DNA of 64,000 bases from a virus (Duplodnaviria > Caudoviricetes): positions 1 to 64,000 of the IMG/VR virus record IMGVR_UViG_3300023283_000263. One strand, written 5' to 3'. Below, piece by piece: positions 36,862 to 45,059 of the stretch. Position numbers and translations under genes: made by a program. The first letter of the stretch is position 1. Each line of letters begins with the position of its first letter. The notes below the pieces were generated by a model. The model made no database searches, had not been told where the DNA came from, and was given only the letters and a program-made list of their open reading frames with translations.

Positions 36862-36936
36862 CCGAGATGCTGGGTTACATCACCTAGAATCCCGTCGGGT
36901 CACCTTCGAGCCCCTGAGGGCCACCCACGAGGAGCG

Positions 36937-37287
36937 ATGCCGAATCGACGACGACCGACGCCCGCCGAGGTGCGGGCGGCTTGCGATGATCATGCGTGGG
37001 TAGCGACCGTGGTTCACGGCTGGACGGAGCCGTTCGAGGCTGAGCCGTTCTTCGCGGGGCGCCTCGTGAACGGCTTGCTCTACGCGAACCTGGCGGTGCA
37101 GGACCTGATCCGAGCGCTGGTCGACGCGACCGACCGGATCGCCGATCTGAAGGACCGAGAGGATGCTACGCCCGAGATGAGAGCGGCGTTGGACGGGGCG
37201 CTGCGAGTGGTCGCCGAGGCGGTCATCGGGGCCGAGTACCCGGACGTCCCGGTTCCGGAGCTGCCGCCGAGCGAGGAGATGAATTGA
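36937..37287 (+). CDS. Hypothetical protein
   Basis: GAGGAG RBS. Confidence 0.55.
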   Translation: MPNRRRPTPAEVRAACDDHAWVATVVHGWTEPFEAEPFFAGRLVNGLLYANLAVQDLIRALVDATDRIADLKDREDATPEMRAALDGALRVVAEAVIGAEYPDVPVPELPPSEEMN

Positions 37288-37571
37288 CGGGGAAGATGCA
37301 CGCGCGCGTCGTGCTGGGACTGGTGATCGACGTCGACGACGGGGCGAGCGACGGGGTCGGAGGGACCGAGCGCGGAGAGGAAGCGCGGGCCGCCGTCTCC
37401 GGCGTGCTCGCGAACGAAGTCCCGCGGATCGCGGAGACGTTGGGCGAGGAGCTGCGCGCCCGAGGCGCCGCGTGCGATCAGGTGTCCGTCGGGCTGCAGT
37501 GGCTCGCGGAGCCGCCGAGCGTCGCGGAGGCCCCCGTCGCTCTTCGCCTGCCCGGGAGCGCGAAGACGTGA
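37284..37571 (+). CDS. Hypothetical protein
   Basis: Overlapping start/stop chain. Confidence 0.5.
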   Translation: MTGKMHARVVLGLVIDVDDGASDGVGGTERGEEARAAVSGVLANEVPRIAETLGEELRARGAACDQVSVGLQWLAEPPSVAEAPVALRLPGSAKT

Positions 37572-37858
37572 ACATCAACTTCGGCGGCGGAGCGCGGAAG
37601 AAGCCGGCCGGGGACTCCGGACCGAAGGAGCGGGCGTGCCGCCGGTGCGGGCAGTCGTTTCGGTCGCGGGCGCTTCAAGACTCGACACCCGGCAAAGAGG
37701 GGTTCTTCGTCGCGGTCATGGCGCGCCCCGAAGCCGCGCCGGATTCCGTGCTCCGGTCGGTCGAGGCCGTCGCTCTTTGCCGCCCTTGCAAGGCGCGGAT
37801 CCTGGATAACGCGGCGAGGGCGCTGCGGCGACGATTCGTCAAGAAGGGCGAGGCGTGA
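37568..37858 (+). CDS. Zinc-finger (CxxC/CxxC) protein
   Basis: CRRC...CRPC; GTGA overlap. Confidence 0.55.
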   Translation: MNINFGGGARKKPAGDSGPKERACRRCGQSFRSRALQDSTPGKEGFFVAVMARPEAAPDSVLRSVEAVALCRPCKARILDNAARALRRRFVKKGEA

Positions 37859-37892
37859 CCGAGGAGCGGGATCAGACGGGGAGGAGGAAAGC

Positions 37893-38378
37893 GTGAGCGA
37901 GACGATGGTCGATTGGACGAGCTTCGCGACCGGCTTCCTGCTCGGGGTGGTCGCGTGGTCATTCGTTTTCGCCGCGGCGAGTCTGCGCGGTGGTGCTCTG
38001 TGGCGCGCGGTCCGCGGCGATTGGATCAGAGACGAGCAGGACGGCGTGGTCGCGGCTGGGGCTACCGTCGGAGACGAGGCGGAAACACCCGGGCGGCGTT
38101 GGGGGGGCCCCGACGATTATGCGCGTCTCCGCGCCGCCGAAGCGCGACGAGCCGTCCGCGACCTGGAGAAGCGCGTCCGCGACCTGGAGCTGCGCGCCGG
38201 GTACCCCGACAGCGAGTCGGTTCAGGAGAGGGCGCAGAATCTCGTGGTCCGCCTCGCGGTCAGGGCCGAAGAGGGCGGAGAGCCCCGCGCAGCAGCCGAC
38301 GAACTCCACGAGCTGATGGTCTACGCGGCGAAGCGCGGGTGGACTGCGACGGTCGCCGAGTCGACCGAGGAGGAGTGA
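37893..38378 (+). CDS. Membrane-anchored hypothetical protein
   Basis: N-terminal hydrophobic helix; GGAGGAGG RBS. Confidence 0.55.
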   Translation: MSETMVDWTSFATGFLLGVVAWSFVFAAASLRGGALWRAVRGDWIRDEQDGVVAAGATVGDEAETPGRRWGGPDDYARLRAAEARRAVRDLEKRVRDLELRAGYPDSESVQERAQNLVVRLAVRAEEGGEPRAAADELHELMVYAAKRGWTATVAESTEEE

Positions 38379-38542
38379 TGGGAGCGAAGATCCTGCGAGG
38401 CATGGTGATCGCCGGGGCGTTCGGTTTCCCCCTGGCCGCTTACATCGCGGACCCGTCCGCGGTCGGCGTCTGGTGGCTCTCCGCCGTCTACCTCGGTGCC
38501 TGCTTCGTGGCGCTAGTCGCCGGGCTCCACAAGGACGCCTAA
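38378..38542 (+). CDS. Small two-helix membrane protein
   Basis: GAGGAG RBS; MGAKILRGMVIAGAFGFPLAAY... Confidence 0.5.
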   Translation: MGAKILRGMVIAGAFGFPLAAYIADPSAVGVWWLSAVYLGACFVALVAGLHKDA

Positions 38543-38545
38543 TAG

Positions 38546-39073
38546 GTGCCCGCGCGCCGCGTCCTGCTCGTCGGGGAGTCGCCGGCCAGGAACGGGGAGG
38601 CCGGAGACGCTTTCGTTGAGCGGCTCTGGCGGGCCGTCACGAATCGACCCCCGATCGGGTGCGCGCGCACGCCGCGCGACGATCGTCTGCGGCGAGGACT
38701 CGCGAAGCAGGTGCGCGCGAGGAACCTGCTCGACTACTGGCCCGGGCGCGACCGCTGGAAGAGCGAGCGCGGGACGCGCTTCCCGGCGGCCGAGGCTAGG
38801 GAAGCCGCGGCGCGGCTGATGAAGAGACCGGGGCCGTGCGACGTTCTGCTTCTGGCGGGCCGTCGAGTGGCGCTCGCGTTCGGCGCGGACCCGGTCTACT
38901 TCCGCGAGGTCCGCCCTCCCGCGATCGGGCGCCAGACGTTCGTGGTACCCCACCCGAGCGGCTTGAACCGCTGGTGGAACGACCCGTTGAATCGGGACCG
39001 GGCTCGGGCGTTCCTGGAGCACGTACTGCTGGAGGACGCCGAGCGGCGGAGGCGGCGATCGTGGACGACCTGA
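38546..39073 (+). CDS. Uracil-DNA glycosylase-like superfamily protein
   Basis: VLLVGESP, NLL, LAGRRV, PHPSGLNRWWN motifs. Confidence 0.7.
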   Translation: MPARRVLLVGESPARNGEAGDAFVERLWRAVTNRPPIGCARTPRDDRLRRGLAKQVRARNLLDYWPGRDRWKSERGTRFPAAEAREAAARLMKRPGPCDVLLLAGRRVALAFGADPVYFREVRPPAIGRQTFVVPHPSGLNRWWNDPLNRDRARAFLEHVLLEDAERRRRRSWTT

Positions 39074-39271
39074 CCTCGTGCGAGGTGTGCGGCAGGACGA
39101 CTCCGGTCACGCCCTGCACGGAGTGCGTCGTCTGGGCTCTGGGGGAGGGGCTCAGGCCCCCCGACGTCCGTCTCCGGGGCTCGGGGCCGGGGGCGAGGCT
39201 CCGACATCTGGAGCGACGTTCGCCCGGGTGGGCGAAGCCGCTGGCGCCGAGAGCCGAATGGAGGAGAGACG

Positions 39272-39961
39272 ATGGGTGATTCTTCGAGCAGCTTTCCCGA
39301 CGCCGGGTACTTCCCGAAGTACCCGAAGATCGACACTCTGTTCGCGAGGGACCCGGACACGTTCAAGGTCCGCGAGGGGGATTTCCGCAGGGAGGATTTC
39401 CTGGTGCCGAGCGCCTGGCGCGTGACCGAGAAGATCGACGGCACGAACATCCGAGTCGGGTGGGACGGCGAGCGCGTCTACTTCGGGGGGAGGACCGACC
39501 GGGCCCACGTCCCGCAGGGTGTCCTGGCGTTCGTCCGAGAGGTCTTCACTCAGGGAAACCTGGAGGCGGTGTTCGGCGAGCAGGATAGCCGGCTCCCCGC
39601 GCCGGGGTTCGTCTTCTACGGGGAGGGGTACGGGCCCGGCATCCAGAAGGGCGGCTGTTACCGGAGCGAGGGGCAGGCGTTCCGCCTCTTCGACGTCCTC
39701 GCGCCAGGCGGCTTCTGGCTCGCGTGGAGCGACGTGGTCGACGTCGCCTGGAAGATCGGGGTCAAGACGGCTCCGGATCTCGGCCTGCTGCCGCTCGGCG
39801 CGGCGATCGACGCGGCGACCGCTCCCTGGTCCTACGCGGCGAGCGAGGACTCGGGGAACGCGGGGAGCTGCCGGGAGGGGGTCGTGGCCCGCTCCGAGCC
39901 GCTGCTCCTGGACCGGCGCGGACGTCGACTGATCTGGAAGCTCAAGCGAAAGGACTTCTGA
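39272..39961 (+). CDS. RNA ligase (Rnl2-like nucleotidyltransferase domain)
   Basis: YPKI, EKIDGTN (KxDG), YGEGYG, FDV, EGVV, KLK motifs. Confidence 0.82.
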   Translation: MGDSSSSFPDAGYFPKYPKIDTLFARDPDTFKVREGDFRREDFLVPSAWRVTEKIDGTNIRVGWDGERVYFGGRTDRAHVPQGVLAFVREVFTQGNLEAVFGEQDSRLPAPGFVFYGEGYGPGIQKGGCYRSEGQAFRLFDVLAPGGFWLAWSDVVDVAWKIGVKTAPDLGLLPLGAAIDAATAPWSYAASEDSGNAGSCREGVVARSEPLLLDRRGRRLIWKLKRKDF

Positions 39962-40092
39962 GTCCCTCGGGGGAGGGTGACGCAAAACGCGGTCCGAGGC
40001 GACGTAAATCGTCGTTTTGCGATGAATGGGGGGTTCTCGCGCGGCGTCGGCTCGGCACGCGGCTTGCATCCTAGAAAGGCGAAGGAGGACGG

Positions 40093-40509
40093 ATGCGACG
40101 CAAGCTACGACGAAGGAAGCGAGGCGCGACCCCGGGGTCGCGTCCGCCGGCGCCGGAAGAGACCGCGCCGGACGCGCCGCCCGACGAGGTCTCGGACGAG
40201 ACCGGGCACCCGATCAAGGTCGGGTTCGCGATCCGCGCGACCCCGCGGCGGCTGCAGAGCTGGACGGGCGAGGTGGCCGCCATCAGGCGCCACCCGCGCA
40301 AGGGCCGCGTCTACCTGGAGGTGCTCCGGGACGGGACGGGCTTCCCGGCGACCGAGCGCGAGAACCGCGCCAGGCCGGGCGCCGCGCCCGAAACGCGCAC
40401 GGTCCACTACGCGCTCCCGGCCGAGTGCAAGGTGATCCCCAAGTCGGCGCGCTCGGAGAGGGCGAGACGGATCGTGGTCCGCGACGTGGGCGAGGAGAAC
40501 GAGGCGTGA
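40093..40509 (+). CDS. Hypothetical protein
   Basis: GGAGGACG RBS. Confidence 0.55.
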   Translation: MRRKLRRRKRGATPGSRPPAPEETAPDAPPDEVSDETGHPIKVGFAIRATPRRLQSWTGEVAAIRRHPRKGRVYLEVLRDGTGFPATERENRARPGAAPETRTVHYALPAECKVIPKSARSERARRIVVRDVGEENEA

Positions 40510-40754
40510 CGAACGACGAGCTGCTGCAGGAAGCGGAGGTGATGAAAGGCCAGGCGGACATCCTGCGCCGCGATCCGGAGTCGTGCGACCGGCTCTTGGA
40601 CATCGCAGAGCACATGGCGCGGCGGGCCGACGCGATGCGGCGGATCGTCAGGTTGCGGGAGGACGCCGGGTTCGTGCGCGCGCGGCGAATGCCGTTGTGC
40701 GCGTCGCTGATGGAGGGCCTGGCCGACGATCTGGAGGCGGGGATCCAAGAGTAG
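40506..40754 (+). CDS. Hypothetical helical protein
   Basis: GTGA overlap. Confidence 0.5.
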   Translation: MTNDELLQEAEVMKGQADILRRDPESCDRLLDIAEHMARRADAMRRIVRLREDAGFVRARRMPLCASLMEGLADDLEAGIQE

Positions 40755-40762
40755 GACGGACA

Positions 40763-41068
40763 GTGAGACCGAAACCCACGAGCGGTCGCTCACTTTTGCA
40801 GGTGAGCGCGGATCGCTTGCTGCTGATGATCGCGAAGGCGGAGGACGAAGGCCGACACCTGCGCGACTTCTTCACGACCTCCGAGGCCGACGGCGGGGTG
40901 CCCGACGAGGCGCTTTCGTTCGCGGTCGAGGGGCTGGAGGAGCGCGGGCTCGTGAGCGGCAGGTTGACCCTTCTCTGGCCCGAGCTGACTGTGCTCGGGG
41001 CCGCCGACGGGTCGAGCAACTCCGGGCCGGGACCGCGCGCAAACGCCGGCGCCGGTAAGCGTTTCTAG
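40763..41068 (+). CDS. Possible small winged-helix protein
   Basis: ALSFAVEGLEERGLVSG segment. Confidence 0.35.
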   Translation: MRPKPTSGRSLLQVSADRLLLMIAKAEDEGRHLRDFFTTSEADGGVPDEALSFAVEGLEERGLVSGRLTLLWPELTVLGAADGSSNSGPGPRANAGAGKRF

Positions 41069-41119
41069 CGCGAGACCCCGTCGAGACCCGCCGATCGGCG
41101 TGTTATATTCAAGGGCGAC

Positions 41120-42619
41120 GTGCCGCGCAGGACGCTCAAACGCAGGTCCCGACTCCCCGATCGACCCGACGTCGACGAGTCGGCGTCCGACCGCCCCGCG
41201 ACCCCGGGGTCGCGGGGGCGCGTCGCCGGCAAAGGGTCCGGGTGGAAGGTGATCCAGGGGGACTGCGTCGAGGTCCTCCGGCGAGCCCCGGCCGCATCGG
41301 TCGACGCCGTCGTCTGTGACCCTCCCTACGGGCTGAGCAAGGAGCCGCACGCCGCGGAGGTGCTGCGTCGATGGCTCGCGGGGGACGACTACCACCACCG
41401 CGGGTCGGGATTCATGGGCAAGTCCTGGGACTCGTTCGTCCCGGGCCCCGCGACCTGGCGCGAGGTTTTTCGCGTCCTCAAGCCCGGGGGGCACGCGCTG
41501 GTGTTCGCCGGGACCCGGACTCAAGACCTGATGGGGATAGCACTGCGGCTCGCCGGGTTCGAGATCAGGGACTGCTTGGACTGGGTATACGCGACGGGGT
41601 TCCCCAAATCGCTCGACGTCGGCAAGGCGATCGACAACGCGGCAGGGGTAAAGCGGGAAGTGATAGGTGTTGAGGAAAGATACAACATGCCGAGTGGTAT
41701 TGTGAATGCTGGGCGAGGAGCAGAAGCGCGGACTAAAATCCAGCGCAAAATCACGAAAGCCGCGACCGACACCGCTAAGCGCTGGGACGGTTGGGGCACG
41801 GCTCTCAAGCCTGCCCATGAGCCGATCATCCTCGCCCGAAAGCCCCTCGCCGGCACCGTCGCGGCGAACGTCCTGGAGCACGGGACGGGGGCGTTGAACA
41901 TAGGCGGCTGCAGGGTCCCGGCAGAGAAGGCCACCGGCTGGGGCGGCGGTGGTAGCAAGTTATACGAGGGCGGATTGTCTCGGGAGGGCGGTGAAGCCAG
42001 GCCGCAGGAAAAGGGCCGGTGGCCTCCGAACCTTCTGCTCGGTCACGCGGCGTGTTGCGGGGACGACGAGTGCGGGCCTTGTTGCCCGGTGGTGGAGGTG
42101 AACCGGCAGAGCGGGTTTAGTAAAACACCAAAGACGGTAAGTAGAGGCCCGTCGCGTGGTACGCCGGCTGATTACACGCCGAACCCGTCCGGCGAAGTGC
42201 AGCGCGGGGTTCCCTGTCACGTTGATTCCGGCGGTGGTTCTCGCTTCTTCCAAGTCTTCAGGTACCAGGCGAAACCTGAGAGGAAGGAGCGCGACGCCGG
42301 GTTGGCGGAGGCCGGGTTCGACGCGCATGAGGTGCAGAAACGGAACCCGAGTGGTCTAGCGAAACGGCGATCCGAGGCCGGAACCGTGCGTCCGTTGCGA
42401 AATCCGCACCCGACCGTCAAGCCCGTCGAGCTGATGCGGTGGCTCGTGCGGCTCGTGACGCCGCTCGGCGGCGTGGTGTTGGATCCTTTCGCGGGGTCCG
42501 GGTCCACGGGGATCGCGGCCGTGAAGGAGGGCGCGAGGTTCATCGGGATCGAGATGAACGAGGAGTACGCGCAGATCGCGCGGGCGCGGATCGCCGCGGC
42601 CGTCGAGGAGGAAACATGA
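41120..42619 (+). CDS. DNA amino-methyltransferase (N6-A/N4-C family, beta-type order)
   Basis: DPPY catalytic motif, HPTVKP, DPFAGSGST SAM-binding motif. Confidence 0.9.
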   Translation: MPRRTLKRRSRLPDRPDVDESASDRPATPGSRGRVAGKGSGWKVIQGDCVEVLRRAPAASVDAVVCDPPYGLSKEPHAAEVLRRWLAGDDYHHRGSGFMGKSWDSFVPGPATWREVFRVLKPGGHALVFAGTRTQDLMGIALRLAGFEIRDCLDWVYATGFPKSLDVGKAIDNAAGVKREVIGVEERYNMPSGIVNAGRGAEARTKIQRKITKAATDTAKRWDGWGTALKPAHEPIILARKPLAGTVAANVLEHGTGALNIGGCRVPAEKATGWGGGGSKLYEGGLSREGGEARPQEKGRWPPNLLLGHAACCGDDECGPCCPVVEVNRQSGFSKTPKTVSRGPSRGTPADYTPNPSGEVQRGVPCHVDSGGGSRFFQVFRYQAKPERKERDAGLAEAGFDAHEVQKRNPSGLAKRRSEAGTVRPLRNPHPTVKPVELMRWLVRLVTPLGGVVLDPFAGSGSTGIAAVKEGARFIGIEMNEEYAQIARARIAAAVEEET

Positions 42620-43332
42620 GCGAGCGCACGAGGATCGAGGCGAACGAAGCCAGGCGCCGGGTCCCCGGAGAGGCGATGGAGTCGCATCTGTGCGACGACC
42701 GGAGGGCGTCGGTCTCGCCCTGGTGCGTCGGCAACTCGAAGCTCGGGCTGAACGTCTTCACGTACTCGAAGGCTCCCGGGCGCGATCGGACGTGCCCCGG
42801 GGCGACCGAGTTCTGCGAGTCCGTGTGCTACGCGATGCGGATCATGGACAACCCGCACCTTCGGATCATCTACGAGGCGAACGAGAAGAGGGGCGCCGAC
42901 CTGCCCGACCTCCCCGCCGAGGCTCGGCTGGTTCGGGGCCACGTCTCCGGGGACTTCGACTCGGCCGAGTACGTCCGCGCCTGGATCGACCTGGTTCGTC
43001 GGCGCCCGGACGCGACGTTCTGGTTTTACACGCGGAGCTGGAGGATCGCCGAGATCCGTCCGGCGCTGGAGGAGCTTCGGGCCCTGCCGAACGTCGAGGT
43101 GTGGGCCAGCATGGACCCGAGGTGCGAGGATCCCCCCGAGGGGTGGCGGGTCGCGTGGATCGACTCGGACGCGCGACTGTGGCGCGACCCCGGGGTCGCG
43201 GGGAAGTCCTACTACTACCACGGTCGCCGCGTCCCGGTCTGCCCGGAGCAGACCGGAGAGCGTGAGAACTGCGAGGCGTGCGGCTACTGCTTCCGCGGGA
43301 AGGCTGGTGACCTGGTGTTTCTGGAGCACTGA
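42616..43332 (+). CDS. GP88-like/radical-SAM-like Fe-S protein
   Basis: GNSKLG, TCPGATEFCESVCYA, HVSGDF, FYTRSW, CEACGYC. Confidence 0.7.
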   Translation: MSERTRIEANEARRRVPGEAMESHLCDDRRASVSPWCVGNSKLGLNVFTYSKAPGRDRTCPGATEFCESVCYAMRIMDNPHLRIIYEANEKRGADLPDLPAEARLVRGHVSGDFDSAEYVRAWIDLVRRRPDATFWFYTRSWRIAEIRPALEELRALPNVEVWASMDPRCEDPPEGWRVAWIDSDARLWRDPGVAGKSYYYHGRRVPVCPEQTGERENCEACGYCFRGKAGDLVFLEH

Positions 43333-43377
43333 CGCGGGGCGGGCTCCGGCGCTATCCTGGAGGCGCAGGAGGGGGTC

Positions 43378-43734
43378 ATGGAGAGAGAGGTTAGCCCGGA
43401 CCGCGTCGATCGGTACGTCGTCCGCGCTGCGTCGAACCTGCGCGACCTGATCACGACGCAGGGGGTGGCCGGTAGCGCGATCGATCGCACGCTCCGCGCC
43501 GCCGTCCGGCACGGCGTATTCCTCGCCGGCGGGTCGATCGACGACTCCCCCGGGACGCGCTTGGCGTCGGATCTCGGGCCGAACGAGGTCGCGAAGATTC
43601 GATCGGCCCTGGCGCGGCCGAGCGCGGATCGCGACGAGATCGCTCGCGAGCACGGGTTGACGAGAGCCCAGCTCGACAAGATCGCTCCGGAGGACGCCTT
43701 TCTCCGGAAGATGCGAGACGACGCGGGGTGGTAG
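43378..43734 (+). CDS. Hypothetical protein
   Basis: GGAGGGG RBS, TATCCT box upstream. Confidence 0.5.
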   Translation: MEREVSPDRVDRYVVRAASNLRDLITTQGVAGSAIDRTLRAAVRHGVFLAGGSIDDSPGTRLASDLGPNEVAKIRSALARPSADRDEIAREHGLTRAQLDKIAPEDAFLRKMRDDAGW

Positions 43735-43960
43735 CCGCGTTCGTTCTGAGGAGGGGAGCATCGTGATGAACGACGAGAGGCGACGCGCGAGACGCGCCGA
43801 GAGCAAGCGAATCCGCGAGGGCGCGGCGACCCAGAAACCCGAGGTCGCTCGGGAGAGTCCGACGTCCGAGGGGACGAAGGAGAATGTCGCTCCCGGGTAC
43901 GCGGACGCGCTGCGAACGTGGTTCGGCCGCCTGGGCGATGAGGACGAGCCCGAGGATTGA

Positions 43961-44050
43961 GTGGAAGACCCGGAAGACGAGCTGCTGTTCTCCGCGCTCT
44001 TGCTCGGGCTCTTCGCGGCGTCCGTCTACGCGATAGCCGCGACGTTCTAG
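43961..44050 (+). CDS. 29-aa single-TM peptide
   Basis: MEDPEDELLFSALLLGLFAASVYAIAATF, abuts upstream stop. Confidence 0.4.
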   Translation: MEDPEDELLFSALLLGLFAASVYAIAATF

Positions 44051-44071
44051 CAGCGAAGGAGGCGAGGCCCC

Positions 44072-44452
44072 GTGGACAAGAAGGACCCGGAAGCGCCTGA
44101 GGGGGTCGTCGAACGCGCGAAGGCGGCGGCCCTGCGGCGGGCTGGCGTGCTGCAGTGGAAGATGCGGCGAATGGCCGAGAAGATGCAGGTCCGCCGGGCT
44201 GAAGACCAGACGCGGCGCGGGGGACGGCGCTCGGTCGGCGACCGGAGGCGCTCCGAGCGCAGGCGCGCTAGATTCGAGGCTCGACAGCGGCGCGGAATCA
44301 GGAAGAGTCGGCCGCGGCGGACGATCAGGAAGCTCAGGCCGGGCGCGACCCCGGGGTCGCGCCGGTGGTCCGCGGAGAAGTGCAAGAGGCGCAGGAGGAG
44401 CAAGGCGGCGCGAGCCGCTCGCCGGGTCAACCGGCTGAGGGCCGCTCGCTGA
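44072..44452 (+). CDS. Arg-rich hypothetical protein
   Basis: AAGGAGG RBS, GTG start. Confidence 0.5.
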   Translation: MDKKDPEAPEGVVERAKAAALRRAGVLQWKMRRMAEKMQVRRAEDQTRRGGRRSVGDRRRSERRRARFEARQRRGIRKSRPRRTIRKLRPGATPGSRRWSAEKCKRRRRSKAARAARRVNRLRAAR

Positions 44453-44459
44453 ATACGGC

Positions 44460-45059
44460 ATGGGTCCCGGAGGAATCAGGAAGGACGGGAAGGCGCACAA
44501 GCCGCCCGGTAGCATCAACTGGCCGGCGGCGAAGGAGCGCTTTCTCGCGAAGGCGCTGGTCGCGCGCCTGACGGGGGCTCCGGACTACACGCTGGAGCAC
44601 CTCGCCAAGGACATCGGGTCTACGCACGGGACCGTCCGGAACCGCGCGTCCGGCGAGAAGTGGTACGCTGAGCTGAAGCGACGCGAAGCAGAAGCGCGGC
44701 GGCGGGCCACCGACGAGCTGCAGGAAGAGCTGGCCGAGGCCGAGTCGAAGGTCCGCCAGCGCCACGCCGCGCTCGCGCGCCGGCTCGTGGAACTCGGCGA
44801 GCACCGCCTGGACCAGCTTCTCGACCTCGCGAGGCGAGGGGCTGCTACCGGAGTCGACGTCGACCAGATGATCCGCATGGTCGACCGCGGCATGAAAGCG
44901 GAGCGCGAGGCTCTCGGCATCGGCGAGAGCGACGTTCAGCAGCCGCCCGCGTCGGACTCTCGGTGGGCGTCGATCGAGGCCCAGACGGAGCGCTTCGCGC
45001 GGGCGAAGACGCTGCTCCTGCGGCTCGAAGAGGCCGTCGAGGAAGAGGCCGAGGAATGA
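44460..45059 (+). CDS. terS: Terminase small subunit (putative)
   Basis: HTH (TLEHLAKDIGSTHGTVRNRASGEKW) plus helical region, directly upstream of TerL. Confidence 0.65.
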   Translation: MGPGGIRKDGKAHKPPGSINWPAAKERFLAKALVARLTGAPDYTLEHLAKDIGSTHGTVRNRASGEKWYAELKRREAEARRRATDELQEELAEAESKVRQRHAALARRLVELGEHRLDQLLDLARRGAATGVDVDQMIRMVDRGMKAEREALGIGESDVQQPPASDSRWASIEAQTERFARAKTLLLRLEEAVEEEAEE

